Assembly (NCBI GenBank): GCA_038087875.1
Contig: CM075981.1
Span: 54,064,001-54,128,000, forward strand
Direction: 5' to 3'
From: Malacoraja senta
Taxonomy: Eukaryota
DNA length: 64,000 nt
In this document: positions 26,410 to 40,390 of the stretch, piece by piece
Numbering within the stretch: the first letter of the stretch is position 1
Layout of the letters: every line of letters begins with the position of its first letter
Made by a program: the position numbers and the translations under genes
Notes under the pieces: model-generated
The model's database searches: none
Told to the model about the DNA's origin: nothing
The model's input: the letters and a program-made list of their open reading frames with translations, nothing else

Positions 26410-26706
26410 GGTGGCACAGTGGCTCAGTGGTAGAGTAGCTGCCTTACATCGCCAGAGACCTGGGTTCGATCCTGTCTACGGGCGCTGTTTGTACGGAGTT
26501 TGTAAGTTCTCTCCGTGACCACGTGGGTTTTCTCCAGGTGCTCCACTTTCCACCCACATTCCAAAGATGTGCAGGTTTTGTAGGTGAATTGGCCACTGTA
26601 AATTGTCCCTACGGTGTTGGATGGAACAAGTGTAAGGGTGATCGTTGGTCAGCACGGACTCAGTGGGCTGAAGGGCCTGTTTCCATGCTGTATCTCTAAA
26701 ACTAAA
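26410..26706 (+). mobile_element. HE1/V-SINE-like SINE
   Basis: tggctcagtggtagag A box, ggttcgatcc B box. Confidence 0.82.
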
Positions 26707-29284
26707 AGTTAGAAGGTCGGGCAGCATCCATGGAGGACATGGATAGGAGATCTTTTGGGTCGAGTCCTGCTTTCAGCTGAAGAAGGGTACATGGATAGGA
26801 CAGGTTTGGAGGGATATGGACCAAACGCAGGCAGGTGGGACTAGTGTAGCTGGGACATGTTGGCCGGTGTGGGCAAGTTGGGCCAAAGGGCCTGTTTCCA
26901 CACTGTATCACTCAATGACTCTATGACTCTAAGGATCCCAACTTTCTACGTGATCTATGCAAGATTCCAGCATCTGCAGTTTCTTGTGCCCCCATAATGG
27001 TAAATATCTGTTTGGGGAGCTTCCCCTCTTCTTCTGTTTGGCTTCAAAGTCATGATGCTGAAATATTTGAATAAATATAGATAATTATCTAAGTAGTTAG
27101 CAGGCCACATCACACCTTTGGAAAGGGTATCAGCTTCAGGTCAGAGACCCTTTGTCAGAAGTGGGATAGAGAGATTAAATATATTTTTTGGTTGCAGAGA
27201 AGTTGGTGGAGGAATGGATAAGACATACAGATTACCTGTGATAAGGGAGGCCCAGTTATCAGTCTGAAGAAGGGTCTTGACCCAAAACGACACTCATTCC
27301 CTCTCTCCAGAGATGCTGCTTGACTCGTTGAGTTGCTCCAGTTCTTTCCTACACATAACGTGAATAACTTTCAGTACAAGTTAAGGCTTAAAACATAAGA
27401 AGATAAAATAGAAGCATGAGTAGGTTTGTTTTCCTCTCAAGATTACCCCACCATTCAACATGATCATGGCTGATCTGCCCCAGATGTTGTTTCCTCTTCT
27501 TTGCCTGTTCCCAATTGCCCTCAATTCCTTTAATACTGCAAACATTTATCTGCTCCATCTTTAAATACCCCCCAATGATCTAATCTCCACTCCCTCTAGG
27601 GTAGAGAATTCAAGGGGCACAATCTGCCAGGAAACATAATTTTCCTAACTATAAGCTGCAAATGACTAGATGAAAAATATCCAAAATGCTAAAGGTTGTA
27701 ATGCTATTCTTCTCCATTCATTTCTGTACCTTCAATGTTTGGTAAGATAAAACAAAAACAGCTTTAATAAAGTAATGGGTATTGGCACGGATATTAAATC
27801 ATTTTCCCATGGCTCGCCGTCTTCAGCAGGTGACCCAGAGGGGTGCAGGATATTTTTTACTTCTTTAAAGTACCCTGCGAGTCTTAATGGTGAACTGATG
27901 CAGCAGTTAATTGAAAATAAGATCCAAAGGTACTGGGAACACTCAGCATTTCAGACAGCGCCTCCAGAAAGGAAAAAAGATTTAATGATTTTGGTCAAAG
28001 GCAACTTGCTGTTGATTAGAATGCCTTATTATTTTCCTCCAGAGCCTTTGTTAACCACTCTGAATCTATTGATTGGGAGGGCGTCCATTTAGAACAACTG
28101 TCAGGGCGTCTCAATACACTTCCAATCAGCAAATGCCCACTGAATTACCCATTTTTCTCAAGGGCACAAAGGGGTCTGGATCATTGGAAATGTTACTTTT
28201 TTTTGTTTTGGAGAAAGGCTATAGGATAGTGTGAGTCCTCAGAGGATACAGTTATCCAGTGAAGAGGGGCGTTTCAAATCTGTTCTTTGCTAGATTAATG
28301 GTGATATCCGTTATTAACGATTCCACTATTTGAATTTCCTTTGGAAATGTTTCATTGAAAACAGAACATAGAACGGTACAATGTAGGATAAGACATACCG
28401 ATTACCTGTGATAAGGGAGGCCCGGTTATCACTCTGAAGAAGGGTCTTGACCCGAAACATCACCGATTCCTTCTCTCCAGAGATGCTGCCCGACCCGCTG
28501 AGTTACTCCAGCATTTTGTGTCTATCCCCGGTTATCATGAGGTTGGGTTGTAGGGATCGATTGGTCAAATGGGTTATGGTGAGCTGTTAGAGGGTGAAAA
28601 CAAACACATAATGTGTTAATAGCAGGGTTGTAGGACTATCAGGAACTATTAAACCCTCGGTAGCGGTGCCCTCTTGGTCCTCATTTACTGAATTGTGACT
28701 TGGATTTCATAATACTCTCCTAGGGATGTTCGTCAGTTTGTTATTTGTTCTTTGTGACATTCCATCCCATAAGCTGGACATTTCTCAATTTGCTAATCAT
28801 GCTGTTTGCCACAGTACCTTACACTGTCTCTGTCTTTTCTCTCCGTGGTCTTGATTGAATACATGAACAGAATTCTGTTGTCTGCTATCCATTCATCAAC
28901 TCTGCCTTTTGTTACTTCTGGGAGAGGGATTTGACACACTTGGACAGGTCTAAGCCTCAGCAGATTCTCACTCAATCATGAATCTCCAATTTGACTAACA
29001 ATTCTTCTGTAGATCAACGAGTCCCTCAGATCTCTGAAGTTACAGTTTGCAGCCAGCAACTTCAGTTCAGACAAGTATGTGTAAAATGTCTCCCAGTTCA
29101 CCTGAAATCTCCTATAAATCTTCAACCCCTCCACCATCTAATTGCCTGGGGTGGCAGTATTTCTCAAAGACGTTGTGAAATTCTTCTATAGTCTAATTGG
29201 TAAACCTGCTCTTTAGTAAAACTTGAAACCTGCTGTTTGGTAAAACTTGATTAAAAAGATTTGGTAATCAACCAGATACAATGC

Positions 29285-29752
29285 TTTCGACCGACCTGAT
29301 CTCCCGGTGGCTAAACACTATAATTCTCTTCCCATTCCCACACAGACCTTTCTGTCCTAGGTCTCCTCCATTGTCAGAGTGAGGCTAAATGCAAATTGGA
29401 GGAACACCATCTCATATTTCGCTTGGGCAGCTTACAGCCCAGTGGTATGAATATTGATTTCTCTAACTTCAAGTAACCCTGGCATTCCCTCTCTCTCTAT
29501 CCCTCCCCCACCCAAGTCGCACCAGCTTCTCGTTTTCACCCTACAAACAGCTAACAATCATTGTTACATTATCATTGTTACATTTTTGAATGTCTTTATT
29601 CATTGTTCTTTATCTTTGTACATCATCGTCGACGTCTCTCGTTTCCCTTTTCACTAACTGGTCTGAAGAAGGGTATCGACCCAAAACGTCACCCATTTCT
29701 TCTCTCCAGAGATGCTGCCTGTCCCGCTGAATTTGTCCAGCTTTTTGTGTCT
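29285..29752 (+). mobile_element. PLE 3' fragment with pLTR and hammerhead-like motif
   Basis: similar to 50645-51035; ctgaagaagggtatcgacccaaaacgtc. Confidence 0.75.
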
Positions 29753-31767
29753 CACAACGTTTACGATGCCATTTTCACCTTTGTATTCTCTATTATTATT
29801 CATGGTCAACTGGATTCAAAGAAAATAAATCATACATCCATTGAGATTACTTGCCTCAAAGTCCACCTGCCAAATGGCTTTATCTACCCCATCTCCTGAA
29901 GGACCAGGTAATGGAAGAAAAATAAGTTTGGTGTTTTTGCTCACCAGACCAAGCAGCATCTCAATTGTATTTAGTCACTGGACCACTTCAAGCCGAAGAA
30001 AGAAAAAAAATGTCTCTTGCCCATATAATATTCCAAACAAACAACATTTAAACCCAATATAATTAATCAAATCACCACTGACACGATGTCGTCGTGTATT
30101 TATCCTGTTAATTAAATATTCCTGAACACATTCACTTAATTCTTAGTAAGTTGGTTATAAGATATTGTTACACTTGCAATAAAATTGTTCGCCATCTTGG
30201 CACAACAAGCTAACCTCTGACCTCAAAATGCTTGCTTGTGCAGGCTTAATTTTTGCTTTGCCAAGAGGTGGCACCAGATAGCTGTACATCCCTCATGGTC
30301 TCACAAGGATGAAGAACGAGGCTTAATTATTACAACAGCAATTCCTAGGCAGAACAAAAACACTTATAACATCGACCTGAACGGCTTGTTTCTGTATCGT
30401 ACATGCAATTCTCTCACCAGCAATTAAAAACCGAGAATGCTGCAAATACTCACCAGGTCAGGCAGCATTTGTGGAGAGAGATAGAGATCTTAGATTTCAG
30501 GTTAATGATCTTCCTTCAGACCAGGAAAAATTACAAAGCAAATATGTTTTTGGTTGCAAAGAAGGGATGAAAAGAACAAAGAAAATATTTATGATACGGT
30601 GGAGACCTAGAAAGAATGAGTGATACAAGTGGTTTGGGTTATTACTGGGGGAAGGTGAGGAGGTTTGTTAATTGCAGTGGATATGTCTGAAAAGTGCAGA
30701 CAGAGAGAAAAAATAAGGTGAAGGAGAAAATAAAACAGACATTGCTCGGCATTCCAGGGGCTGCCAGCATTGCAGCCATCCAACAGCCCTCATGAATAAC
30801 GTGGTACGATTAATTGGCAAGATGCTCTGCACTGTAAAATACAATAAAGGTTTTTAGCTTTCTCTCAGGACCCTTTCCCTTCCTAAAGCAGCTCTCTGCC
30901 GCCTTAAAAATGATTTTATTGTTTAATTTTTAGCATAATTTCTTCTATCCTGCTGTGACTAATCCACATAACAGGTTCGGAGGAGGATGCGGGCAAACAG
31001 ACTGAACATTGGCACTGGGGAGTTAATGATCATGATCTATGCGTTAAAAGTCATACATTTAATGAAGGTTGTCTTATCACGTCCACTCTGGGGAATGCGT
31101 GGTGAAACCCACCTCCGGGAGCACATTATTTCCAATGCCCAGAGCAATCAGTAGCAGGGAACGTAGGATTATATGTTTTAAAAGTGATGAGCGGATGGTT
31201 TTGTTGGCATAGCACATTACCATCAAATGTAACCTGAGAGGTGATTAATGCACTTTGAAATCTGGGGCATGATTTACATTTTGGTAACCGTTTTATTTTA
31301 AGGTGGTTTTTCTATCCCACTTTTTTTTAGTTTGGAAAGAAGAAGGTTTGTAAATTTTAAATAGTGTGAAATGTGTTAGTTCATAAGGCATAGCAGCAGA
31401 ATTAGGCTGTTGGCCCATCGAGTCGACTCCTTTCAGTCATGGCTGATCAATCTTTCCTTCTCAACCCCATTCTCCTGCCTTTTCACCATAACCTTTGATA
31501 CCTTCGCTAATCAAGAACCTGTCTATCTCCTCTTTAAAAATACCCCTTGACGTGGCCTCCACAGCCGTCTGTGGCAATGAATTCCATAGATTCACCACCT
31601 TCTGGCTAAATATCACCACCCTCTGACTAAAGAGAGTTAGGAGAATAAAAGGTCACTTATTTTCAGTTATTGACCTACATTTATTTTTTCCACTCATTGT
31701 GCCACAACATTCTCTTTGTTTTATCCCTCAGAGTACACTTTCCCTTTGCTGGCCTGTTCTTAGGTTT

Positions 31768-32040
31768 CAAGTTTAAATTTAGAGATATAAGCTTGGATAT
31801 ACCCGGGCCCATGCCGACCATCGATCAGCCATCCACATTATCAATCTCTACACACTATGTACAGAAGCCATCAAACCTGCACGTCTTTGGAATGTGGAAG
31901 GAAATCGGGGCACCCAGAAGAAACTCACGCAGTCACAGGGGGAAGGTGCAAACTCCACACTGATAGCACCCAAGGTTAGGATTGAACCCAGCTCTAGGGC
32001 ACTGCGAGTCAGCAGCTCTTCTACTGTGCCACTGTGCTGT
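31768..32040 (-). mobile_element. HE1/V-SINE-like SINE (diverged)
   Basis: reverse match to the family consensus. Confidence 0.7.
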
Positions 32041-32158
32041 GCTTCTGCATCCTCCCCAAGTTTACCAACAATCAATTGATCAGTACTTGTCTTCCATTTT
32101 CCACAACATTTTGGGAGCTGCCTGACTATTCAATCAGTTACTCATCTTTGCCTTTTGA

Positions 32159-33910
32159 GAACCCCTTGCTGAAAAAATAAGAACACACTCGAATATTCAC
32201 GGTTATAACACAAAATATTCAAACAACAAACTATCCCTATATGCTGATGATGTACTACTGTACATCACAAAACCACAAATTAGTATACCAAATATATTAA
32301 ACTTAATTGAGGACTTTGGATCCTTTTCAGGATATAGAATAAATTGGAACAAAAGTGAAATTATGTCGATTAAACCAAAAGACTCAACACATCTCAGGAA
32401 ATTCCCTTTTAAAATAGCTATGGAAAAATTCAAATATTTAGGAATTGAGATTACTAGAAATTACCATGATATGTTTAAAGCTAATTATAATCCCTTACTT
32501 AAGAAATTAAATAATTTGATTAAATTTTGGAAAACACTTCCGATGTCCTTAATAGGTAGGATAAATGCTATAAAAATGATTTTCTTACCACAAATCCTTT
32601 ACCTATTTCAATCAATACCTATATATCTCCCAAAAAAGTTTTTCAAAAAACTGGACTCAGACATTACAAATTTTATATGGGATTACAAATCCCACAGAAT
32701 ACAAAGAACACACCTTAACAAACGAAAAGAGTTGGGGGGTCTAGCGCTCCCTAACTTTATGTATTATAACTGGGCAGTAAATATTAAAAATATGATTCAC
32801 CTGCTGGACAATTCTGCCCAGCAGGTGGACTGGATTATAATGGAAAAAGGGGATTGCTCCCCGAATAATATAGGAGCGATTATTCTCTCTCCAATAAATT
32901 TGAATAATAAAAATTATAATAAAAATCCAATTATATATAGCACTATTAGAACATGGAAGCAAATAAAACAGAATCTAAAATTAAGAAACCTATCTCTCTT
33001 AATACCAATAGTCAATAACCCATCGTTTAAACCTTCAATCATAGATAAATCATTTATACAATGGGAAAGAATGGGAATCAAAACGCTCGAAGATCTGTAT
33101 GAATTAGAAAAATTACTATCATTTCAACAACTACAACTGAAATATAATTTGAAAAATAATCAATATTTTAAATATCTACAAATCTGTGACTATTTGAAAA
33201 CACACACAAAAGATTATTATAATATGCCTTCCGACTTACTAGATGAAGCAATGAAGACAAAGGCGGAATCAGTTAATTTAATATCATACTTATATAATAT
33301 CATCTTAAATATAGAAATACCCACAACAGATGGAATTAGAAGAGATTGGGAACAAGATTTAGGTATAAAAATTTCAAAAGAGAGTTGGGATAATCATTTA
33401 TTACAGGTGCATAAATGTTCGATCAACGTACGACATACGCTTATCCAATTTAAAACATTACATAGATTATATTATTCAAAAACCAAACTAAATAAAATCT
33501 TTCCTAACGTCTCACCAATCTGTGATAAATGTATATGTCAAGAAGCTACCATAGCACATTCTTTTGTTTTTTGTACAAAAATCCAAAAATTCTGGTTTGA
33601 AATATTTGATATTTTTTCAAAATTAATCAAAATAAAACTGGTACCAAAACCAGAATGGATTATTTTTGGAATATCGGAAGGTATTCCTGAATTAAACGTG
33701 TATCAGAAGAATTTACTCAATTATGGGCTAATAATGGGAAAAAAGCTTATACTTAAATTCTGGAAAAATGCGCCCACACCAACAATAAAAATGTGGACAT
33801 CAAATATGTTGGAAACATTACATCTGGAAGAGATGAGATTCCTCCTAGTAGGCAAAGAAGACCAATTTCAAAAGACGTGGTCTACGTTTTTGGACCTATT
33901 ACAAGCATGA
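32159..33910 (+). pseudogene. L1 ORF2 C-terminal half (RT domains 5-7, thumb, CCHC knuckle); stop-free but 5'-truncated
   Basis: frame open from EPLAEKIR...LSLYADD...GYRINWNKS...KYLGI...GGLALPNF...CDKC..EATIAHSFVFC. Confidence 0.88.
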
Positions 33911-34311
33911 GGTGCAATAGTAATTTAGAAAAACAAATAAATAAATAAAAGGTATCTGGACCTGGTAATGGGAGGTAAAACAAAAACAGACTTGGTTGGT
34001 AGTTCCTTCTCTATGAAGTATGTTATAAGAGTTATAATAGAGCGATTGTTCCTTCTTTCTTTCTCTTTCTTTTCTAGGGTCTATTTTCTAACTTTACTTC
34101 CTTCTCTAACTTCTTTTCTAAGGGGCTTTCTTTTCCCAACACTCTTTTGCACTTCACAACCTTTGCGCACTTTCTTCACTTTTCTTACTTCTTTCTTTTT
34201 CTTTCTTAAAGTTTAAAAAAGTGAAGCGGTACAAAAAATGTATTAATATATATGTGTTGTACATTACTGTAATCTACCGTACTTCTATTAAAAAAATTAT
34301 TTTAAAAAAAA
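32159..34311 (+). mobile_element. 5'-truncated LINE-1 with 3'UTR and A-rich tail
   Basis: TSD atctttgcct(t/a)ttga at 32144-32158 and 34312-34326; A-rich sense strand; L1 ORF2 motifs. Confidence 0.92.
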
Positions 34312-35304
34312 ATCTTTGCCTATTGATAGCACAAGGGTAAAACCCTTACTCTGTGCGATCCAGCTCCTTACCCTAGTGTTCATCCATATGTTCCTTTCCC
34401 GAACTGTAGACGCTCAGAAATGGATATGTGTAATTCACAACTGTTTTAGCTGTTTGCAATAAACCTGATTGGTCTAGATCCCATGCTGTCCCAGGATCAT
34501 CCAGGAATAAACAGAATAAACTAGGCTTCTTTTCTTCAGCATGAAACAATTCTCAGAATCTCCTCCCTTGCCTCCTGCACACTTGCCATCAGCTACAATC
34601 GCACTGTGCTTGTGGATTTTTTTTGTCATTAATTAATCCCATAGAAGCTGCCTCTGTTCATCCTCTTCCTTCCCTTAGCATATAGTCATAGAAGCATAGA
34701 GCATGGAAACAGGCCATTTGCCCATGCCGACCAAAGCGCTCTATCTATGCTAGTCCCATCTGCCAGCTTTTGGCCCATATCCCTCTAAACCTCTCCTATC
34801 CATGTTCCTGTTCAAATGTTATGTAACATCCATATACATTTCTTCTAAGCACCAACTCATTTTTTTGCTGAACTCACCATTTCTCAGTTGAATCCCCCCA
34901 TCCTATACCTATCCCAGACACTCTTCTTTCTACTTCCTGTTCTCTTGCCCCTATTCCCAGTAATCTACTGATCCTCCTCATCCCTGTCCCCAGTGTGAAC
35001 CTCCGATGTTTAATATGGCAAAGGGAGAAAGTAACCAGCAAATGCAAGCTTGTTTTCCAAAAGTTTACTGTGGAGCCATTTACTCCGTTATTGTTCATTT
35101 TTTAATGGCTAGATTGGAGGTTGGAGGCACTAAAAGCACACAAACCTAGAAGCTGAGGCCATCTTGTTTCCTCCCTAGGATCCTTGGAATTATTTATTGG
35201 TAACACAATGTTAATCATGACTTTAAAGGGTTAGGGTGCAGGATTTAAAGCAAATATTCACATGAATACCAATATTGATTGAGTCAGAAAACATAGCCTA
35301 AAGA

Positions 35305-35858
35305 GTACAGTGGCATCACAGTAGAGTTTCTGCCTTAAGGGCCTGTCCCACTTACATGATGTTTTCGGCGACTGCCGGCACCCATCATAGTCGTAGCAGG
35401 TCGCCAAAATTTTTAAACATGTTGAAAATCCAGTGATGACCAGAAAAAGGTACGACTACCACAGGCTACTGACTACTACTGACTACTACAGTCTACTACT
35501 GACTACTACTGTCATCCCGCGACCATGTGGTGACAGCCTAGTCGCCTGTAGTCACCGAGAAAATCGAGTAAGTGGGACAGGCCCTTTACAGTGCCAGAGT
35601 CCGGGGTTCGATCCTGACTACGGTGCTGTCTGTATGGAGTTTGTATGTTCTCCCCGTGACCTGCGTGGGTTTTCTTCGGGTGCTCCGGTTTCCTCCCACA
35701 CTCCAAAGACGTACAGGTTTCTAGGCTAATTGGCTTCGGTAAAATTATACATTGTCCCTATTGTGTAGGATAGTGTTAGTGTGCGGTAATCGCTGGTCGG
35801 TGCGGACTCGGGCCTGTTTCCGCGCTGTATCTCTAAACTAAACTAAACTAAACTAAAA
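35305..35858 (+). mobile_element. HE1/V-SINE-like SINE split by a MITE
   Basis: head resumes after the TTA TSD at 35586. Confidence 0.8.
35338..35585. mobile_element. Harbinger/PIF-type MITE (248 bp) inserted in a SINE tRNA-like head
   Basis: TIR agggcctgtcccacttac; TTA TSD within host gccTTAcag; GACTAC repeats. Confidence 0.87.
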
Positions 35859-36301
35859 CTAGAGAAATTATAAAATACGATGACTTCTCCAATAAATACC
35901 AGGTAACTGCTCAGTACAATACACTGAATACAGTTCAATAAAATCTGTGTGCATAAAATCAATGGCAATCATTTGCAACAGTGTGATCCTGAAATTTGAA
36001 TTGACTGGGAAATTACCCCAATTATCTCCATTCTTACAGGTTGTGGTGTCGTCACTGTATGTAGCTTTGTGTGATTGGGGCATTTATTGTTGACCAGAAG
36101 AGAAGAAAATAAGTTTAGTTTAATTTGTATGAATTGTTCAGAACAATTTGCTGCCTATAATTTATCCCACTTGGTAAGTCAATATCTTTTTAATGGATGC
36201 TGCCATTGAAAATGCCTGGATAATTCTACCCCTCCAGCATTGTAGAATCTGTCTTCTTCTTGGACAATGTGTCATGTATCATGTATTCTTCTTCCTTCCA
36301 G

Positions 36302-36427
36302 AGCCCTTCAGTGCAGCCGTCTGGGTCATGATGTTCGTTACACTCCTTATCGTGTCGGCCATAGCAGTGTTTGCTTTTGAGTACTTTAGCCCACTTGGGT
36401 ACAACAGAAATTTGGCAAGAGGAAGAG
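36302..36427 (+). CDS. GRIN2A: GRIN2A coding exon (M1): [42 protein letters not shown]
   Basis: cttccag| acceptor, G|gtaagt donor; 126 bp; phase 1-1; M1 helix with GluN2A-type YNRNLA. Confidence 0.95.
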
Positions 36428-36789
36428 GTAAGTGTTTACACTTGCATGCATTTTTTTTCCCCCTGCAGAATTGGAGCAAACCTATTATAGCCATCTAATT
36501 TTGTCATCGGATTCTAGGCTACATTGAATGTTGCATAGACACAAAATGCTGGTGTAACTCGGCGGGACAGGCAGCATCTCTGGAGAGAAGGAATGGGTGA
36601 CGTTTCGGGACGACACCCTTCTTCAGTTTCTCGGTTTCTTCAGAAATGTTTTAGTTTCTCGACCCTTGAAACGTCACTCATTCCCCCATGGTGCTCGACC
36701 AGTAAATATTCTTTAATAGGATTTCTTTAATCAGCCTCAAACAGCCTATTTGGGATATCAACTATGGCTTAGTAGGGTTTTCTTTCACT

Positions 36790-37110
36790 TCCAAATAACC
36801 CTTGCTCCAGAGATTTGAGCACAATATCTAGGATGGGTGCTCCAACAGTATTTAGGAAGTGTATCCATTGTAATGTTAAACCATGCCACCATGAGGTATA
36901 AAAAATCCCTTTGCAAAATAATAGAAGAAATCTGCCTGGGGCTGTTAATTGTCCCGTATTCAAAACTTTTTTTTATTGAAACAGATTATCTAATCATTAT
37001 CCACTATTATTCATGAGACCTTGCAAGGGGCAGCTCTCTTTCCTACAACCGCACTTCAAGAGCATGTTACTGACTGCAAGGTGCCTGGTAATATTTCTGA
37101 TGTGTAAATG
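36790..37110 (+). mobile_element. Ancient Deu-SINE-like remnant
   Basis: ccagagatttgagcacaatatctagg and aacagattatctaatcattatc motifs shared with 345-732. Confidence 0.5.
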
Positions 37111-37754
37111 ATCCAAATTTTCTTTGTTTGATTAAAGTGAAGGAAAGCTCTCGTATGAGGTGCTGGGACATTGAAACTGATTTATTATATTTGTCAGTAC
37201 TGCTGAAATCGTTATTAAAACACAGCACAAATCTCGAATGGTGTGCCTTCTTCGGGGGCTGTCAAGCTTTATCGTGAATCATTTGTTACAATATACCAAA
37301 GTAAAATTGGCCCCATGTTGCCTTATACCTCAAGCTGCCATCTGGCTTAGTAATAAAATATGCACACTTCAGCGAAAGGCATCTTGTTAAAACAGTAGCT
37401 GTGCTCCTGAAAGAGACACCTTCATAAGGTCTTCCTGGTGCTGCAATAAAAATATGTGCTCCATATTTCTTTAAAATGGTGGAATGCTATGTTATCTAAA
37501 GTATTGGACCGTCTCTTTGAAAATCTAGATCTGAAGAAAATCTTTTCCTGCTTATAGATTGTATTTTCCTCGTGATATATTGGGATTCTTGTCAGAAGCA
37601 CGTTACATTATAGATAATATCCATATGAATCTGTCTTCAAGCTTAACATTTTCATTCCTTTCACCTGTATTTTTTTTTAATTGAAGCATCACTCCTTCAC
37701 AAGCACAAAATAAATCCTTGATTTTCCTCCAGCCATTTCCTTCCAATACAGAAT

Positions 37755-38270
37755 GCCTCACGGCGCCAGACACCCAGGTTTGATTCTGACCTCGGGAGCT
37801 GTGTGGAGCTTGCACATTCTCTCTGTGCCCACGTGTCTCTCCTCTGGGTGCTCCAGTTACCTCCCACATCCCAAAGATGTGTGGGGTTTGTAGGATGACA
37901 GTGTTGAATCTGTGGAGTTCATTGCCACAGATGGCAGGGGAAGGCAAGACATTGGAGATTTTTAAAGCGGAGTTTGAAAGATTCCTGAGCGTCAAAGGTT
38001 ATAGGGAGAAAGTAAAAGAATGGAGTTGAGAGGGGCAATTAGATCATCCAAGATTGAATGGTGGAGCAGACTCGATGGGCCAAATGGCCTAATTCTGCTC
38101 CTATGTCTTATGGTCTTATCATTGGCCTCTGTAATTTGCCCCCAGTGTGTAGGGAGTAGACACGTACGTGAGATAACATAGACATAGTGTGAATGGGTGA
38201 TCGATGTTCAGTGTGGACTCGGTGCGCTGAAGGGCCTGTTTCCATGCTGTATCTCTAAACTAAACTAAAT
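37755..38270 (+). mobile_element. HE1/V-SINE-like SINE interrupted by a CR1 3' fragment (~37897-38120)
   Basis: SINE halves flank a CR1 tail. Confidence 0.72.
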
Positions 38271-38500
38271 TAAGCAGTGTCAGCTAAATGAAGTTATTAA
38301 TTATTATTAAATAGATGGAATTGCCTATGTGCAAGACCATCCATTGCAAAGTGCACTTAAAACAAATTTATATAGTGCATTTATATAGTGCCTTGCACTA
38401 CATTAATGCATCCCTAATGCTTTCCACCAAAGGATTTCAATTATATTTCCTGGCTTATTTTTCTGTCTCTGCGCTCGTTTCAAGCATGGGTGGTAATAAA

Positions 38501-38792
38501 AGGGCGGCATGGTGGTGCAGCGGTAGAGTTGCTGCCGTACAGCGTTTACAGCGCCAGAGACCCGGGTTCGAATTGATGCCTGTATAGAGTTTATACGTTC
38601 TCCTCGTGACCGCGTGGGTTTTCTCCGAGATCTTTGGTACCCTCACGCCCTCCAAAGACATAGAGAATTGGAAGTTATTTGGCTTGGTATAAATGAGCGG
38701 GGATCGCTGGTCGATGTGGACTCGATGGGCCGAAGTGCCTGTTTCCATGCTGTATCTCTAAACTAAACTAAAGTAAACTAAACTAAACTAAA
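38501..38792 (+). mobile_element. HE1/V-SINE-like SINE
   Basis: gggcggcatggtggtgcagcggtagag head, (CTAAA)n tail. Confidence 0.8.
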
Positions 38793-39206
38793 AGATTAAA
38801 GAGAGTTTGAATAAAAGGAATGATGTGGGTAATATCAGAGATAAGTGTGATAGAGGCTAGGAAGAACTGAAGCACAAATTGAGTGATGTATTGTCAGTGC
38901 ACAGAAGGCATTCCTTCCAAGATGTAAAAGCATTAAGTAGCAATAATGGTTTCTAATCTTCAGTACAGATTGGCATGAAACCAGAGCTCCTCTTGCCACT
39001 TTGTCTGTATAGATTGAAGAGAACGACATTACAATTTAAGGCTTTGTTTGTTATTATGTTCAGCTCTGTTTTTGCATTTATCGTCATTTGCTCTGGGCAA
39101 GAAGGTGTGAATTGTCTTTTTAAACCATCACCAATTTACCGAGTGAAGCTGCTGCCACGATGTCTTGGGGTTGGGAGTTATAGGATTTAGACCCATCAAC
39201 GACTAA

Positions 39207-39420
39207 TGGGCCTGTCCCACTTAGGCGACTCTTTAGGCGACTGCCAGGGACAAATTTAAATGGAATTCTCCTACGACACCTGGCGACAACCTACGACAGC
39301 ACCTATGACAACCTACAGCAAAAATCGTCGCCATTGTCGCCGAAAATTTTTCAACATGTTGGAAATTTTGCGGCAGTCGCCTGCAGTCGCCCCAAAAATC
39401 GCCTAAGTGGGACAGGCCCA
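39207..39420. mobile_element. Harbinger/PIF-type MITE (214 bp)
   Basis: TIR tgggcctgtcccacttaggcga; flanks TAA/AAA. Confidence 0.82.
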
Positions 39421-39451
39421 AAAGAAGGAAAATAACAATAACAATGACAAT

Positions 39452-39758
39452 GGATGGCACAGTGGTGCAGTGGTAGAGTCGCTGCCTTGCAACGCCAGAT
39501 TCCCAGACTCGAACCTGATTATAGATTCTGTCTGTACAGTGATTGTATGTTCTTGCTGTGAACGAGTGGGCTCTCTCTGGGTGCTCTGGTTTCCAGCCAT
39601 ATTTCTAAGATGTGCAGATTAATTGGCTTCTATAAATTATCCCTAGTGTGTAGGATAGAAGTAGTGTATGGATGATGGTTGGTCAGCATGGACTAGATGG
39701 GTTGAAGGGTCTGTTTCCATGCTGAATCTCTATCTGTATCTAAACTCAAACTAAACTA
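39452..39758 (+). mobile_element. HE1/V-SINE-like SINE (diverged)
   Basis: tRNA-like head, V-domain, tail. Confidence 0.72.
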
Positions 39759-40390
39759 AGAGAAGTATATACGGATTGATCAAATCCTTGCTGCACTGTG
39801 TTCCACTTGCTATTTCCTTCTTTCTATTTTTACGCGTAATGCCTCTCTTCTGCACTTCAAAGTTCATCTTTGTAAGGAAGACCTGAAACATTAACTGTTT
39901 CTCTTTCCACAGATGCTGCCTGCCCTCTGTGTGTTTCCAGCATTTTGTGTTTTTATTCAGATTTCCCGCATCTGCAGTTGTTTTTATTTCATTTCCAGGC
40001 TGTCCAGCTTTCATTTATGTAATGTTTTTGACTGACTTTACCGATAATTATGCTGCTCATGATTTATCTTTGCTTTTAAGGCAAATTTAACGCTGATGTC
40101 CACTTTGATACATTGAGAGATTTATCTATTTTAATACTGAGAAAACAAAAAAAAAGTTCCCACCAGCCATTAATCACTGACACTAACCAAATAAGCTTGT
40201 CTCAAAATTCAGGTTATATATTTCTCAAGAAACTATTACAGATTGCAGTGAAAACCTGGCTTGATAATACTTACATTAAAAATAATGATATCTGATTACC
40301 AGTTTTAAAGTGAGGATTTATGTGATTAAAATAGTGAGGAAAAGGCATTGTCCATGGGGAATTCAATACAATATCTGACTTTGTACACAG

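Noticed and set aside
26410-26475. SINE heads as tRNA genes
   Set aside because: A and B boxes are present but continue into the V-domain and LINE tail; no complete cloverleaf
30260-30275. CCAAGAGGTGGCA as a CTCF site
   Set aside because: Imperfect match expected by chance in 64 kb; no supporting evidence
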